Shown here piece by piece: positions 7,562 to 14,438 of a DNA stretch of 32,000 bases (position 1 is its first letter; each line of letters opens with the position of its first letter). Below the pieces are notes generated by a model, which had not been told where the DNA came from, made no database searches, and saw nothing but the letters and a program-made list of their open reading frames with translations. The translations under genes were made by a program, and so were the position numbers. The stretch comes from Geotalea uraniireducens Rf4 (lineage in GTDB: Bacteria; Desulfobacterota; Desulfuromonadia; Geobacterales; Geobacteraceae), in the NCBI RefSeq assembly GCF_000016745.1, contig NC_009483.1, forward strand, positions 1,920,001 to 1,952,000. The letters run 5' to 3'.

Positions 7562-9295
7562 TCAGTTAATTCCAAGTCCCTTATTCCCCTTGAGCCTCTT
7601 TCGCAGATCCTTCACAGCCAGCGTGTTGAGTACGTCCCCCTTTTCAAGCCATGCACGGCGGGCAATGGCGATGCCGTAGGGGAGGGTGTCGAACTGGCTT
7701 ATGGAGTGGGTGTCGGTGTTGATGACGAGGGGCACCCCCAGCTCTTTCGCCCGCCGCGCATGGCTGTCGTTGAGGTCGAGGCGCAGGGGGTAGGCGTTGA
7801 TCTCGATAGCGGTGCCGGTGTCCGCCGCGACCCGTAGGATGTCGTCCATCTCCACTTCATAGGGGTCGCGCTCGCCGATCAGCCTGCCGGTAGGGTGGGC
7901 GATGATGGAGACGTAAGGGTTCTTCATGGCCTTGATTATGCGGGTGGTTATCTGCTCTTTCGTCTGCTTGAAGCCGGAGTGGATGGAGGCGATGACCAGA
8001 TCGAGCTCTTTCAATGCCTGGTCCGGGAAATCAAGGCTGCCGTCGCTTTTGATGTCCATTTCGGTGCCGTGGAGGATGGTGAAGCCGGTAAGCTGTATGT
8101 TCAGTGCCGCAATTTCCTGCTTCTGGGCCATGAGCCGCTCCACGGTCAGCCCATGGGCAACTCCCAAGCCCTGGGAATGGTCGGTGATGGCTAAGTAGGA
8201 AAGGCCGCGGGCCTTGGCTGCCGCCACCAGTTCCTCGATGGTATGACCCCCGTCGCTCCAGCGGGAGTGGACGTGCAGGTCGCCGCGGATGTCGGCCTGG
8301 CTGATCAATTGTGGCAATCTCCCGGCCAGGGCCGCTTCCACCTCCCCCTGGTCTTCCCGCATCTCGGGCGGAATGAAAGGGAGGCCGAGGAGGCGGTAGA
8401 CGTCCTCTTCTTTGGCGCCCCCCAGGCGCGCTTCGTCCTTTTCGCGGAAAATGCCGTATTCGTTGATCTTCAACCCCTGTTTCACCGCCATGTCCCGCAG
8501 CCGCACATTGTGCCCCTTACTGCCGGTCAGGTAGGCGAGCGCCGCGCCGAACGATTCCTCGGCCACCACCCTCAGGTCCACCTGCAAACCGTCGCTGATC
8601 ACCACGCTGGAGCGGGTCGGGCCATGCATGATGATTTGCTCGACCGCCGGAAGGGTGATGAATGCCTTCATGGCCTCTTCCGGCGCGGGGGAGGTGGCGA
8701 CGATATCGATATCCTTGCAGGTTTCCTTGCGGCGTCGGATGCTGCCGGCGATCTCGATAGCGCCGAACCGGGCGCGCTTCCGCAGTTCCTCAACCAGATC
8801 GAGGGCCAGGGGGAGCACCCTGCCGAGGGGACGACGCTCATGCCCCTGCTGCACCGTGGCAATCCCCTTGAGGATGTTCTCCTCGGTCTTTTTCTGTATC
8901 CCCGGTATCCCTGCCAGTTTGTGCTCGCGGGCGGCCCGTTCCAGGTCGTCGATGGAGGCGATGTGCCGCTGCTCAAAGATTTGCCGGGCTGTCTTCGGGC
9001 CAAGGCCCGGAACGGCGAGGAGGGAGAGGAGCCCGGACGGTATCTCCCCCTTCAGCTTGTCATGGGCGTGGATGGCGCCGGTTCCGATATATTCCTCGAT
9101 CTTGGCTGCCAGCTCTTCCCCGATGCCGGGAATCTCCAGGAGCTCATCCCGGGAGAGGTCCTCCACGCTGCGGGACAGCCCCTCGATGTTGAGGGCGGCC
9201 CGGCGGTAGGCCCTGATCTTGAACGGGTTGTCACCCTTGATTTCGAGGATATCCGCCATTTCGGAGAATATGCGGGCGATTTCCTGGTTTTTCAT
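7562..9295 (-). CDS. polX: DNA polymerase/3'-5' exonuclease PolX (family X polymerase fused to a PHP domain)
   Basis: N-terminus MKNQEIARIFSEMADILEIKGDNPFKIRAYRRAA (HhH, Pol X 8-kDa-domain-like). Pol-beta palm GSIRRRKETCKDIDIV. PHP motifs DLHVHSRWSDG and INTDTHS. GGAGG precedes ATG 9295. The upstream extension to 9421 looks non-coding. Confidence 0.9.
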   Translation of the reverse strand: MKNQEIARIFSEMADILEIKGDNPFKIRAYRRAALNIEGLSRSVEDLSRDELLEIPGIGEELAAKIEEYIGTGAIHAHDKLKGEIPSGLLSLLAVPGLGPKTARQIFEQRHIASIDDLERAAREHKLAGIPGIQKKTEENILKGIATVQQGHERRPLGRVLPLALDLVEELRKRARFGAIEIAGSIRRRKETCKDIDIVATSPAPEEAMKAFITLPAVEQIIMHGPTRSSVVISDGLQVDLRVVAEESFGAALAYLTGSKGHNVRLRDMAVKQGLKINEYGIFREKDEARLGGAKEEDVYRLLGLPFIPPEMREDQGEVEAALAGRLPQLISQADIRGDLHVHSRWSDGGHTIEELVAAAKARGLSYLAITDHSQGLGVAHGLTVERLMAQKQEIAALNIQLTGFTILHGTEMDIKSDGSLDFPDQALKELDLVIASIHSGFKQTKEQITTRIIKAMKNPYVSIIAHPTGRLIGERDPYEVEMDDILRVAADTGTAIEINAYPLRLDLNDSHARRAKELGVPLVINTDTHSISQFDTLPYGIAIARRAWLEKGDVLNTLAVKDLRKRLKGNKGLGIN

Positions 9296-9419
9296 CTCGC
9301 GCCTCCACTTCTTGCGCGGCCGGCAAACGATTAATAGGGTATAATAATTAAACCACAAAAGGGTGAGATGTGAAGCGGGTGTTTGTGGCAGTCCCACGAT
9401 TTCTTGAAAGGCGTAGCCC

Positions 9420-10451
9420 ATGATCGAGATCGATGGAAATTACGGCGAAGGTGGCGGGCAGATACTGCGCACCTCTTTGAGCCTCTCCTGCCTGACCGGA
9501 CAGCCGTTCAGGATCGTCAATATCCGCAAGGGGCGGAAGAAACCGGGGCTCATGCCCCAACACCTGGTTTCGGTGAGGGCCGCCCGGATGGTGACTGGCG
9601 CCTCCGTGAGCGGTGACGAGAAGGGTTCAACGGAGTTGACCTTTTCTCCTGACGGTTTGCGGAGCGGCGATTTCGCCCTGGACATCGGCACTGCCGGTTC
9701 AGTTCCGTTGGTGTTGCAGACCATCATTCCGCCCCTGCTCTTTGCCGGGGGGAAGAGCAGGGTGGACCTCCAGGGGGGGACCCATGTGCCGTTCAGCCCA
9801 TCTTTTCACTACCTTGCCGAGGTGTTCTCCCCCCTGCTGGCGAGAGTGGGCGCCGGCGTGCATTTCAGCATAAGATCGTACGGTTTTTACCCGCGTGGCG
9901 GGGGGAGCGTGACCGCGGAGATCAACGCGGCAAGTGGAATCAAGCCGCTTGACCTGGAGGTGCGGGGCGGGCTGCAAAGGATAAGAGGGTATTCGGCAGT
10001 GGGGAACCTCCCCCTTTCCATTGCCGAACGGCAGCGGGCAGCTGCGCTGGAGCTCGTCCGGGACCGGCTTCACGGAAAGGTGCCGATTGAGGTGAAGCTG
10101 CTCAATGTGCCGACGCCGGGGCATGGCACCTTCATCTTCCTTTTGGCCGAGTACGAAAACATCCGCACCGGCTTCACCTCCCTGGGTGCGTTGGGTAAGC
10201 GGGCCGAGCAGGTCGGCGAGGAGGCGGCGCGGGAATTCATCACCCATCATGCCACGGGCGCAGCCCTCGACCCGCACCTGGCCGATCAGATCGTGTCATA
10301 TCTGGCCCTGGCAGAGGGGGCGTCGACCTTTACCACCTCCGCCATCACCGATCACCTGCTGACGAACCTTTGGGCTGTGGCACAGTTCCGCCCTTTCCGC
10401 TACAGCGTGGAGGGGAATGTCGGAGAACAGGGGCGGGTGAGGATAAACTGA
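9420..10451 (+). CDS. rtcA: RNA 3'-terminal phosphate cyclase
   Basis: MIEIDGNYGEGGGQILRTSLSLSCLTGQPFRIVNIRKGRKKPGLMPQHL is the canonical RtcA N-terminus. The length of 343 aa fits. Confidence 0.9.
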   Translation: MIEIDGNYGEGGGQILRTSLSLSCLTGQPFRIVNIRKGRKKPGLMPQHLVSVRAARMVTGASVSGDEKGSTELTFSPDGLRSGDFALDIGTAGSVPLVLQTIIPPLLFAGGKSRVDLQGGTHVPFSPSFHYLAEVFSPLLARVGAGVHFSIRSYGFYPRGGGSVTAEINAASGIKPLDLEVRGGLQRIRGYSAVGNLPLSIAERQRAAALELVRDRLHGKVPIEVKLLNVPTPGHGTFIFLLAEYENIRTGFTSLGALGKRAEQVGEEAAREFITHHATGAALDPHLADQIVSYLALAEGASTFTTSAITDHLLTNLWAVAQFRPFRYSVEGNVGEQGRVRIN

Positions 10452-10483
10452 AATTTTGCATTAACCCCAAAACGGCAGTTAGC

Positions 10484-10509
10484 CACGAATGACACGAATA
10501 AACACGAAT
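10484..10509. repeat. Three CACGAAT units at ~10-nt spacing
   Basis: cacgaat at 10484-10490, 10493-10499 and 10503-10509. Confidence 0.6.
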
Positions 10510-10640
10510 GTTTTTAACCCCTTGTTATGTCTTGAGTAGTCACCGATATGGAGAGTGTCTTCTGCATCACAAGAGCTTGTAATCAAGAGAGGGAAGGGGA
10601 CATAGGACCTGCTTAGACAGGTTTTTGAGTCCGCACTTCC

Positions 10641-10709
10641 CCCCTCACCCTAGCCCTCTTCCACAAGGGGCGAGGGGACTTTAAAACTCCCCTCCCTTGA
10701 TGGGAGGGG
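10641..10709. repeat. G-run/C-run hairpin repeat cluster overlapping the 3' end of the yjbH-like gene
   Basis: cccctc...gagggg, plus cccctccc(10689-10696)/gggagggg(10702-10709). Same style as the repeats at 551, 3947 and 20112. Confidence 0.6.
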
Positions 10710-12780
10710 TTGGGGGAGAGTGCAATTTCTCGTAAGCTTCGCGCAGTCGAAGCAGGTGAGTGCGGACATAGGACGGAGTCAACCGGTCCCGATCATAATA
10801 GGCCTGCTGCAAACCGTTTGCCTCGTGAGTGTCTCCGATCGATACGCCGAGTGTATTCGGCACGCCCGCACTGCTGATGACGGTCTCCTGGCTGTAGCTC
10901 CATTCATCAGGCCCTTTGATCTGGAGGTGATATGGTTTCATCCCTTTGCGGAAGGTGAGGGGAAAGGCTATCTGGACCCCGCCAATCCTGTGGTGTTTCT
11001 GTCCGGCGGTCTCTGAGTCCTTATAGTAGACCGAAAATGCCGTATCTCCGAAAAACCGCTTCAGGTCGACGCGGAACCCTTTGTCATTGTCCCAAAACTG
11101 CCCGCCGGTGAATGTGAGGTAGGTGTCCAGCGGCGCATGATAGTACCGGTAGGAGCCGAGGTACAAGGTAGTCGTCAGATGGGTGTCGCTGTTTTTCGCG
11201 TATGCCTGCCTGAATCCCAGACGATGGTTCCCTTCCGTTGACAGCCAGTACAGTTCGTTCAGGGTCCCGTAAGCATCCTTCTCGATCATCCCCGCTCCCA
11301 GAGACGCCATAACATACGGATACGGTTTGACCCCCTGAAACAGCATCAGCCGCTGGAATTGGGTATCGTTCCGGTCTCCCCGGAATGCCTCGCCGTCATC
11401 GAAATTTTTGCTCCAGGCCACGGGGATGTCCCACCGGGCGTTCAGGACAGCGCCTTTCCACAGATCGAGAAAGAGGTTCGGTCTGATCGACAACAGGTAG
11501 TCGAACACCCCCACTTCAGTCCCCACGAATGTCTTCAGTGCGGGAGTCAGCACAAGCCGCGCCCTGGGCAAAGAAGAGAAACTCAACTTGTCGGTATAGA
11601 CCACCGTCGGGTCTTCTGTGACAGTGGCTGTTATCTTTGCCGCTTCGTAGAGGTCATCGTGTGTCTTGACATCCGTGAAGAACGACTTCAGCGCTTTTAT
11701 GGGCATCGTGGCCTGAAGCATCCTTATGTCTTGTATCTTCAGGACAAGCCGGACGGATTTGAATTCAGCGGGAACGGAATCGACGACAATCCCCAGCGCA
11801 ACCCCCATTCCGTCAAGTTCGCTATGGTCGTAACGGGCATTTTCGTATTCGACGACGAGAAGGTCATTTCCATCTGAACCGGTGCGAACGTTGATGAAAC
11901 CGTCGGCAACCAGCTTGTCTCGCAGGGCGATGAGGTAGGCGGTGCGGCCGGGGGACTCAATGCGGTCGCCCAACGCTTTTTTCACTGGTGTCTCAACACT
12001 GGTCTTGTCTGGGCGCAGGCCGACGTCGGCAGCAGGCGCCGAAGGCCCGGCTTCCTGGCGGGATGGTGCTTTTCGCCGATAGTCTTTTCCCATTGAGAAC
12101 TGGAGTCCGGCGGCGAAACTGACGGTGCCGGGATGGTTGTTCAACGCCGATTTCACCGTTGCCTGGAGATTGACCGGCCAACCGAACAGGTCCGGCGTGA
12201 TCACCCGCACCCCGGCGTTCATGTCCTTGGTGTCATATTCGCCGAGAAGGTAGAGCCAGTCGAATGCCTTGACCTCTGCTCCACCGAATGTCCCTTTCAA
12301 ACGGTCCGGGCCGAAGCCGTAGCCGACGGACAGGCGCAGCCGGCTGATTTCTTCGGTCGCCGCCACGTAGCTTGAGCGAAAGTGGTGCGCGGTCCCTCCG
12401 AAGTCCTGCATGCCGAAGGCAAGGGACGGCAACCAGCTCCCCTTCGGAATGAACGGCGCCGTCGATGCCTTGAACTGGGCGGAGAGGTCATGATCAGTCA
12501 GACGTCCGCCCAGCTCGACAAAGGAAAACAGCCCTACGGAGAAGAAATAGTTGTCCTGGTGGGATCTGTTCCAGTGGGGATCGCTCTGGTTGGTGTACCA
12601 GGCGGCCAGGGTCCCTTCCTTCTGGACGTTTGCCGTCGGCACATTGATAATGCCGGTGAACCCTTGCAGCGAAGGGGCGTCCGGGAAATCTCCCGCACCG
12701 CACACCGCTACCGCTCCAAGCAAACCCAGAAACGAAACACCGGCGATAAACCGTATTCTGCTGAAAATCGTCAATATCAT
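10681..12780 (-). CDS. YjbH/GfcD-family exopolysaccharide-associated outer-membrane protein
   Basis: Signal peptide, then PSLQGFTGIINVPTANVQKEGTLAAWY...FFSVGLFSFVELGGRLTD, which matches the YjbH-family N-terminal signature. About 700 aa, as expected for the family. Confidence 0.85.
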   Translation of the reverse strand: MILTIFSRIRFIAGVSFLGLLGAVAVCGAGDFPDAPSLQGFTGIINVPTANVQKEGTLAAWYTNQSDPHWNRSHQDNYFFSVGLFSFVELGGRLTDHDLSAQFKASTAPFIPKGSWLPSLAFGMQDFGGTAHHFRSSYVAATEEISRLRLSVGYGFGPDRLKGTFGGAEVKAFDWLYLLGEYDTKDMNAGVRVITPDLFGWPVNLQATVKSALNNHPGTVSFAAGLQFSMGKDYRRKAPSRQEAGPSAPAADVGLRPDKTSVETPVKKALGDRIESPGRTAYLIALRDKLVADGFINVRTGSDGNDLLVVEYENARYDHSELDGMGVALGIVVDSVPAEFKSVRLVLKIQDIRMLQATMPIKALKSFFTDVKTHDDLYEAAKITATVTEDPTVVYTDKLSFSSLPRARLVLTPALKTFVGTEVGVFDYLLSIRPNLFLDLWKGAVLNARWDIPVAWSKNFDDGEAFRGDRNDTQFQRLMLFQGVKPYPYVMASLGAGMIEKDAYGTLNELYWLSTEGNHRLGFRQAYAKNSDTHLTTTLYLGSYRYYHAPLDTYLTFTGGQFWDNDKGFRVDLKRFFGDTAFSVYYKDSETAGQKHHRIGGVQIAFPLTFRKGMKPYHLQIKGPDEWSYSQETVISSAGVPNTLGVSIGDTHEANGLQQAYYDRDRLTPSYVRTHLLRLREAYEKLHSPPTPPIKGGEF

Positions 12781-12797
12781 CTCATTGTATATAGAAC

Positions 12798-12830
12798 AAA
12801 AGAGGAAGCGCGTGACTTCCCCTTTTGTTC
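12798..12830 (-). terminator. Candidate intrinsic terminator between the lipoprotein gene and the yjbH-like gene
   Basis: On the minus strand: GGGGAAG-tcacgcg-CTTCCTC followed by TTTTGTTCT (stem 12802-12808/12816-12822). It is flanked by an A-run and a T-run, so it is formally bidirectional. A second perfect 9-bp hairpin, acgccgcag/ctgcggcgt, lies at 12859-12882. Confidence 0.4.
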
Positions 12831-12910
12831 AACATTCCCGCAATTCAATCCCAAAGGTACGCCGCAGCCAAAACTGCGGCGTATGCCATATTTTCATACT
12901 GCTGCCGGTT

Positions 12911-14383
12911 CTACGGAGTCCCGCCTCCACCGCCTGTGCTGCCCGTGCAGATTATCTCCTTGATAACCCTGACAGTCACCTGAACTGTGATATCACGATT
13001 TATGATTATCCATCTGCCAAAGACTCTTATTCTAATTCTAATTCTTATCGTTATCGTTCTCGTTATCGTTTCCCAAATTATTTGGCAATTAGCCGATATC
13101 GCTCCCGTTAACGACAGGGCGGATAGAGCTTGCGATCCTTGCGATAGGGGGGTTGTCAGGGCAGGCGGAACTCCCAATCCATTTACGATGGCGTCATTCA
13201 GGGCTGTTGAAGGTACAAACGCTTGTTCGTCAAGTTTCGCCTCCGATACATCGGTCGTCGAGTCACTGGGCTTCGTGTGAAAGAGAACGTTCGGGACTTC
13301 GCTTCCCTTGGCGGTCACAGGGTTACTGATGGTGGTGGCATCGGATGTGGTGGTGACGTTGTCGGCCGGTATCTCCGTTTTTGCCAGTTGTAAGACTATA
13401 TCAGTCGGGCCGGTTTGTCCTGCGGGGCCGAGCCCCACGGCTGTAAGTGCGGTGAGTATGTTTTTCAAGCCTGCCTGGACCGTACCGTTCGCCTGCATGA
13501 TGCCCGGGACTGTTGCACTTCCTTCGTTTGAGTCAGTGCTGCCCACTGCGATGTCGACCTGCGTACCCGTAGGAAACGGCAGGTAAGACGGAATACTGAC
13601 TGTTGCATTGTCCGGAATGTTGGCTGCCGATACGTCTCCTGTCAATCGGATGTATACCCGGGGAGACGTGGGAAGCTGGAGCTTGTCGACGTTCGGTGCT
13701 ATCCATGCGCCCTGGTTTACCGCAAAAGAGGAGGAGACGGAGACTTGCAGGTTTGACGCAAGCGTGCCGTCAGGCAGTGACACTGCGGGCGAAGGGAGGT
13801 CTTTTGAAGAAGGGTTTTGCGGGGCGGTTATGGTTGCAGCGATGTGGGGTATGGCCTGGAAGGATGGGGTAACAGGAACGAGCCCCAGGAAAAAGCCGGA
13901 AGAAGCGGAAACAGTGCCCACCGGAGAAGTTTCGACAACGTTGAGCGCTTTGCTGCCGAGATAGCCGGCGGCGGCGACTGTAATCTCCGTAGGCCCGGTT
14001 GCCGGCACATCAAGGCTGAAGGTACCGTCTGACTTGGTTTTCGTGGAAACCTTGTGGGCGGGGAGTGAAACGGTTGCGCCGTCAATGCCCTTCTGCGTGT
14101 TCGCGTCGAGAATTTGCCCCGTCAGCATATACGACGCCAAACCACTGGCATTGCTCTCCGTATTGTCGGACGAACATCCGACAAGCAGGTTCAACGGCGG
14201 CCCTGCCACCGCAAGGGCCAGCCCCGCCAAACCGACGTTTTTCACGAACTTGCGGCGACCGATATTACTGACGAATTGAGGCGCGTCAGTCTTGTCCGGT
14301 GCAGCATCTATATGCGTGTTGCTGCTACACGTGTGCGGTGGTTGCGGCTCTGCAAATCGACGTCCTGATTTTTTTCGTCCCAT
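12911..14383 (-). CDS. Hypothetical Tat-signal lipoprotein with a carboxypeptidase-regulatory-like domain and an unusual alternating Ile/Arg/Thr C-terminal tail
   Basis: GGAGGA lies 4 nt upstream of ATG 14383 (the ORF is also open to ATG 14419). Twin-arginine motif GRRKFVKNVGLAGLALAVAG plus lipobox LLVGC. GQILDANTQKGIDGATVSL...SDGTFSLDV resembles a CarboxypepD_reg fold. Ser/Thr/Ala/Val-rich body. Tail: ITRTITIRIRIRIRVFGRWIIINRDITVQVTVRV. Confidence 0.65.
   Translation of the reverse strand: MGRKKSGRRFAEPQPPHTCSSNTHIDAAPDKTDAPQFVSNIGRRKFVKNVGLAGLALAVAGPPLNLLVGCSSDNTESNASGLASYMLTGQILDANTQKGIDGATVSLPAHKVSTKTKSDGTFSLDVPATGPTEITVAAAGYLGSKALNVVETSPVGTVSASSGFFLGLVPVTPSFQAIPHIAATITAPQNPSSKDLPSPAVSLPDGTLASNLQVSVSSSFAVNQGAWIAPNVDKLQLPTSPRVYIRLTGDVSAANIPDNATVSIPSYLPFPTGTQVDIAVGSTDSNEGSATVPGIMQANGTVQAGLKNILTALTAVGLGPAGQTGPTDIVLQLAKTEIPADNVTTTSDATTISNPVTAKGSEVPNVLFHTKPSDSTTDVSEAKLDEQAFVPSTALNDAIVNGLGVPPALTTPLSQGSQALSALSLTGAISANCQIIWETITRTITIRIRIRIRVFGRWIIINRDITVQVTVRVIKEIICTGSTGGGGGTP
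13025..13072. repeat. Eight tandem hexanucleotide units inside the 3' end of the lipoprotein gene
   Basis: tcttat tctaat tctaat tcttat cgttat cgttct cgttat cgtttc. On the minus strand these encode TRTITIRIRIRIR. Confidence 0.85.
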
Positions 14384-14438
14384 GAGTTCCTCCACTGTTC
14401 TCTCGCTGGTTTTTGCCATGAGAGTTATTTGACTACGT

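Noticed and set aside
7373-7837. Plus-strand 154-aa ORF spanning the long-hairpin region and the polX 3' end.
   Set aside because: It overlaps polX in antisense. The remainder is a translation of the palindromic non-coding element. There is no SD.
9202-9209. Exact ops/JUMPstart core GGCGGTAG.
   Set aside because: It lies inside the polX coding region, on the non-transcribed orientation, far from the polysaccharide operons. I found no ops-like element in the leader regions at 15966-16485, 19974-20255 or 30148-30364.
9296-9421. N-terminal extension of PolX back to ATG 9421, which would overlap the rtcA start.
   Set aside because: PolX-family proteins begin at the MKNQEIARIF-type helix. GGAGG precedes ATG 9295. 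The extension runs through the AT-rich divergent promoter region.
13025-13072. Possible CRISPR or spacer-repeat structure, considered for the hexamer repeats and for the intergenic hairpin clusters.
   Set aside because: The units are 6 nt with no spacers, and the hairpin clusters are not regularly spaced 25-40 nt repeats. No cas genes are present, and nothing in the window has CRISPR architecture.
12987-13280. Plus-strand ORF whose N-terminus (LILILILIVIVLVIV) looks like a TM helix.
   Set aside because: The hydrophobic run is simply the hexanucleotide repeat read on the opposite strand. The rest is antisense to the lipoprotein gene, and there is no SD.
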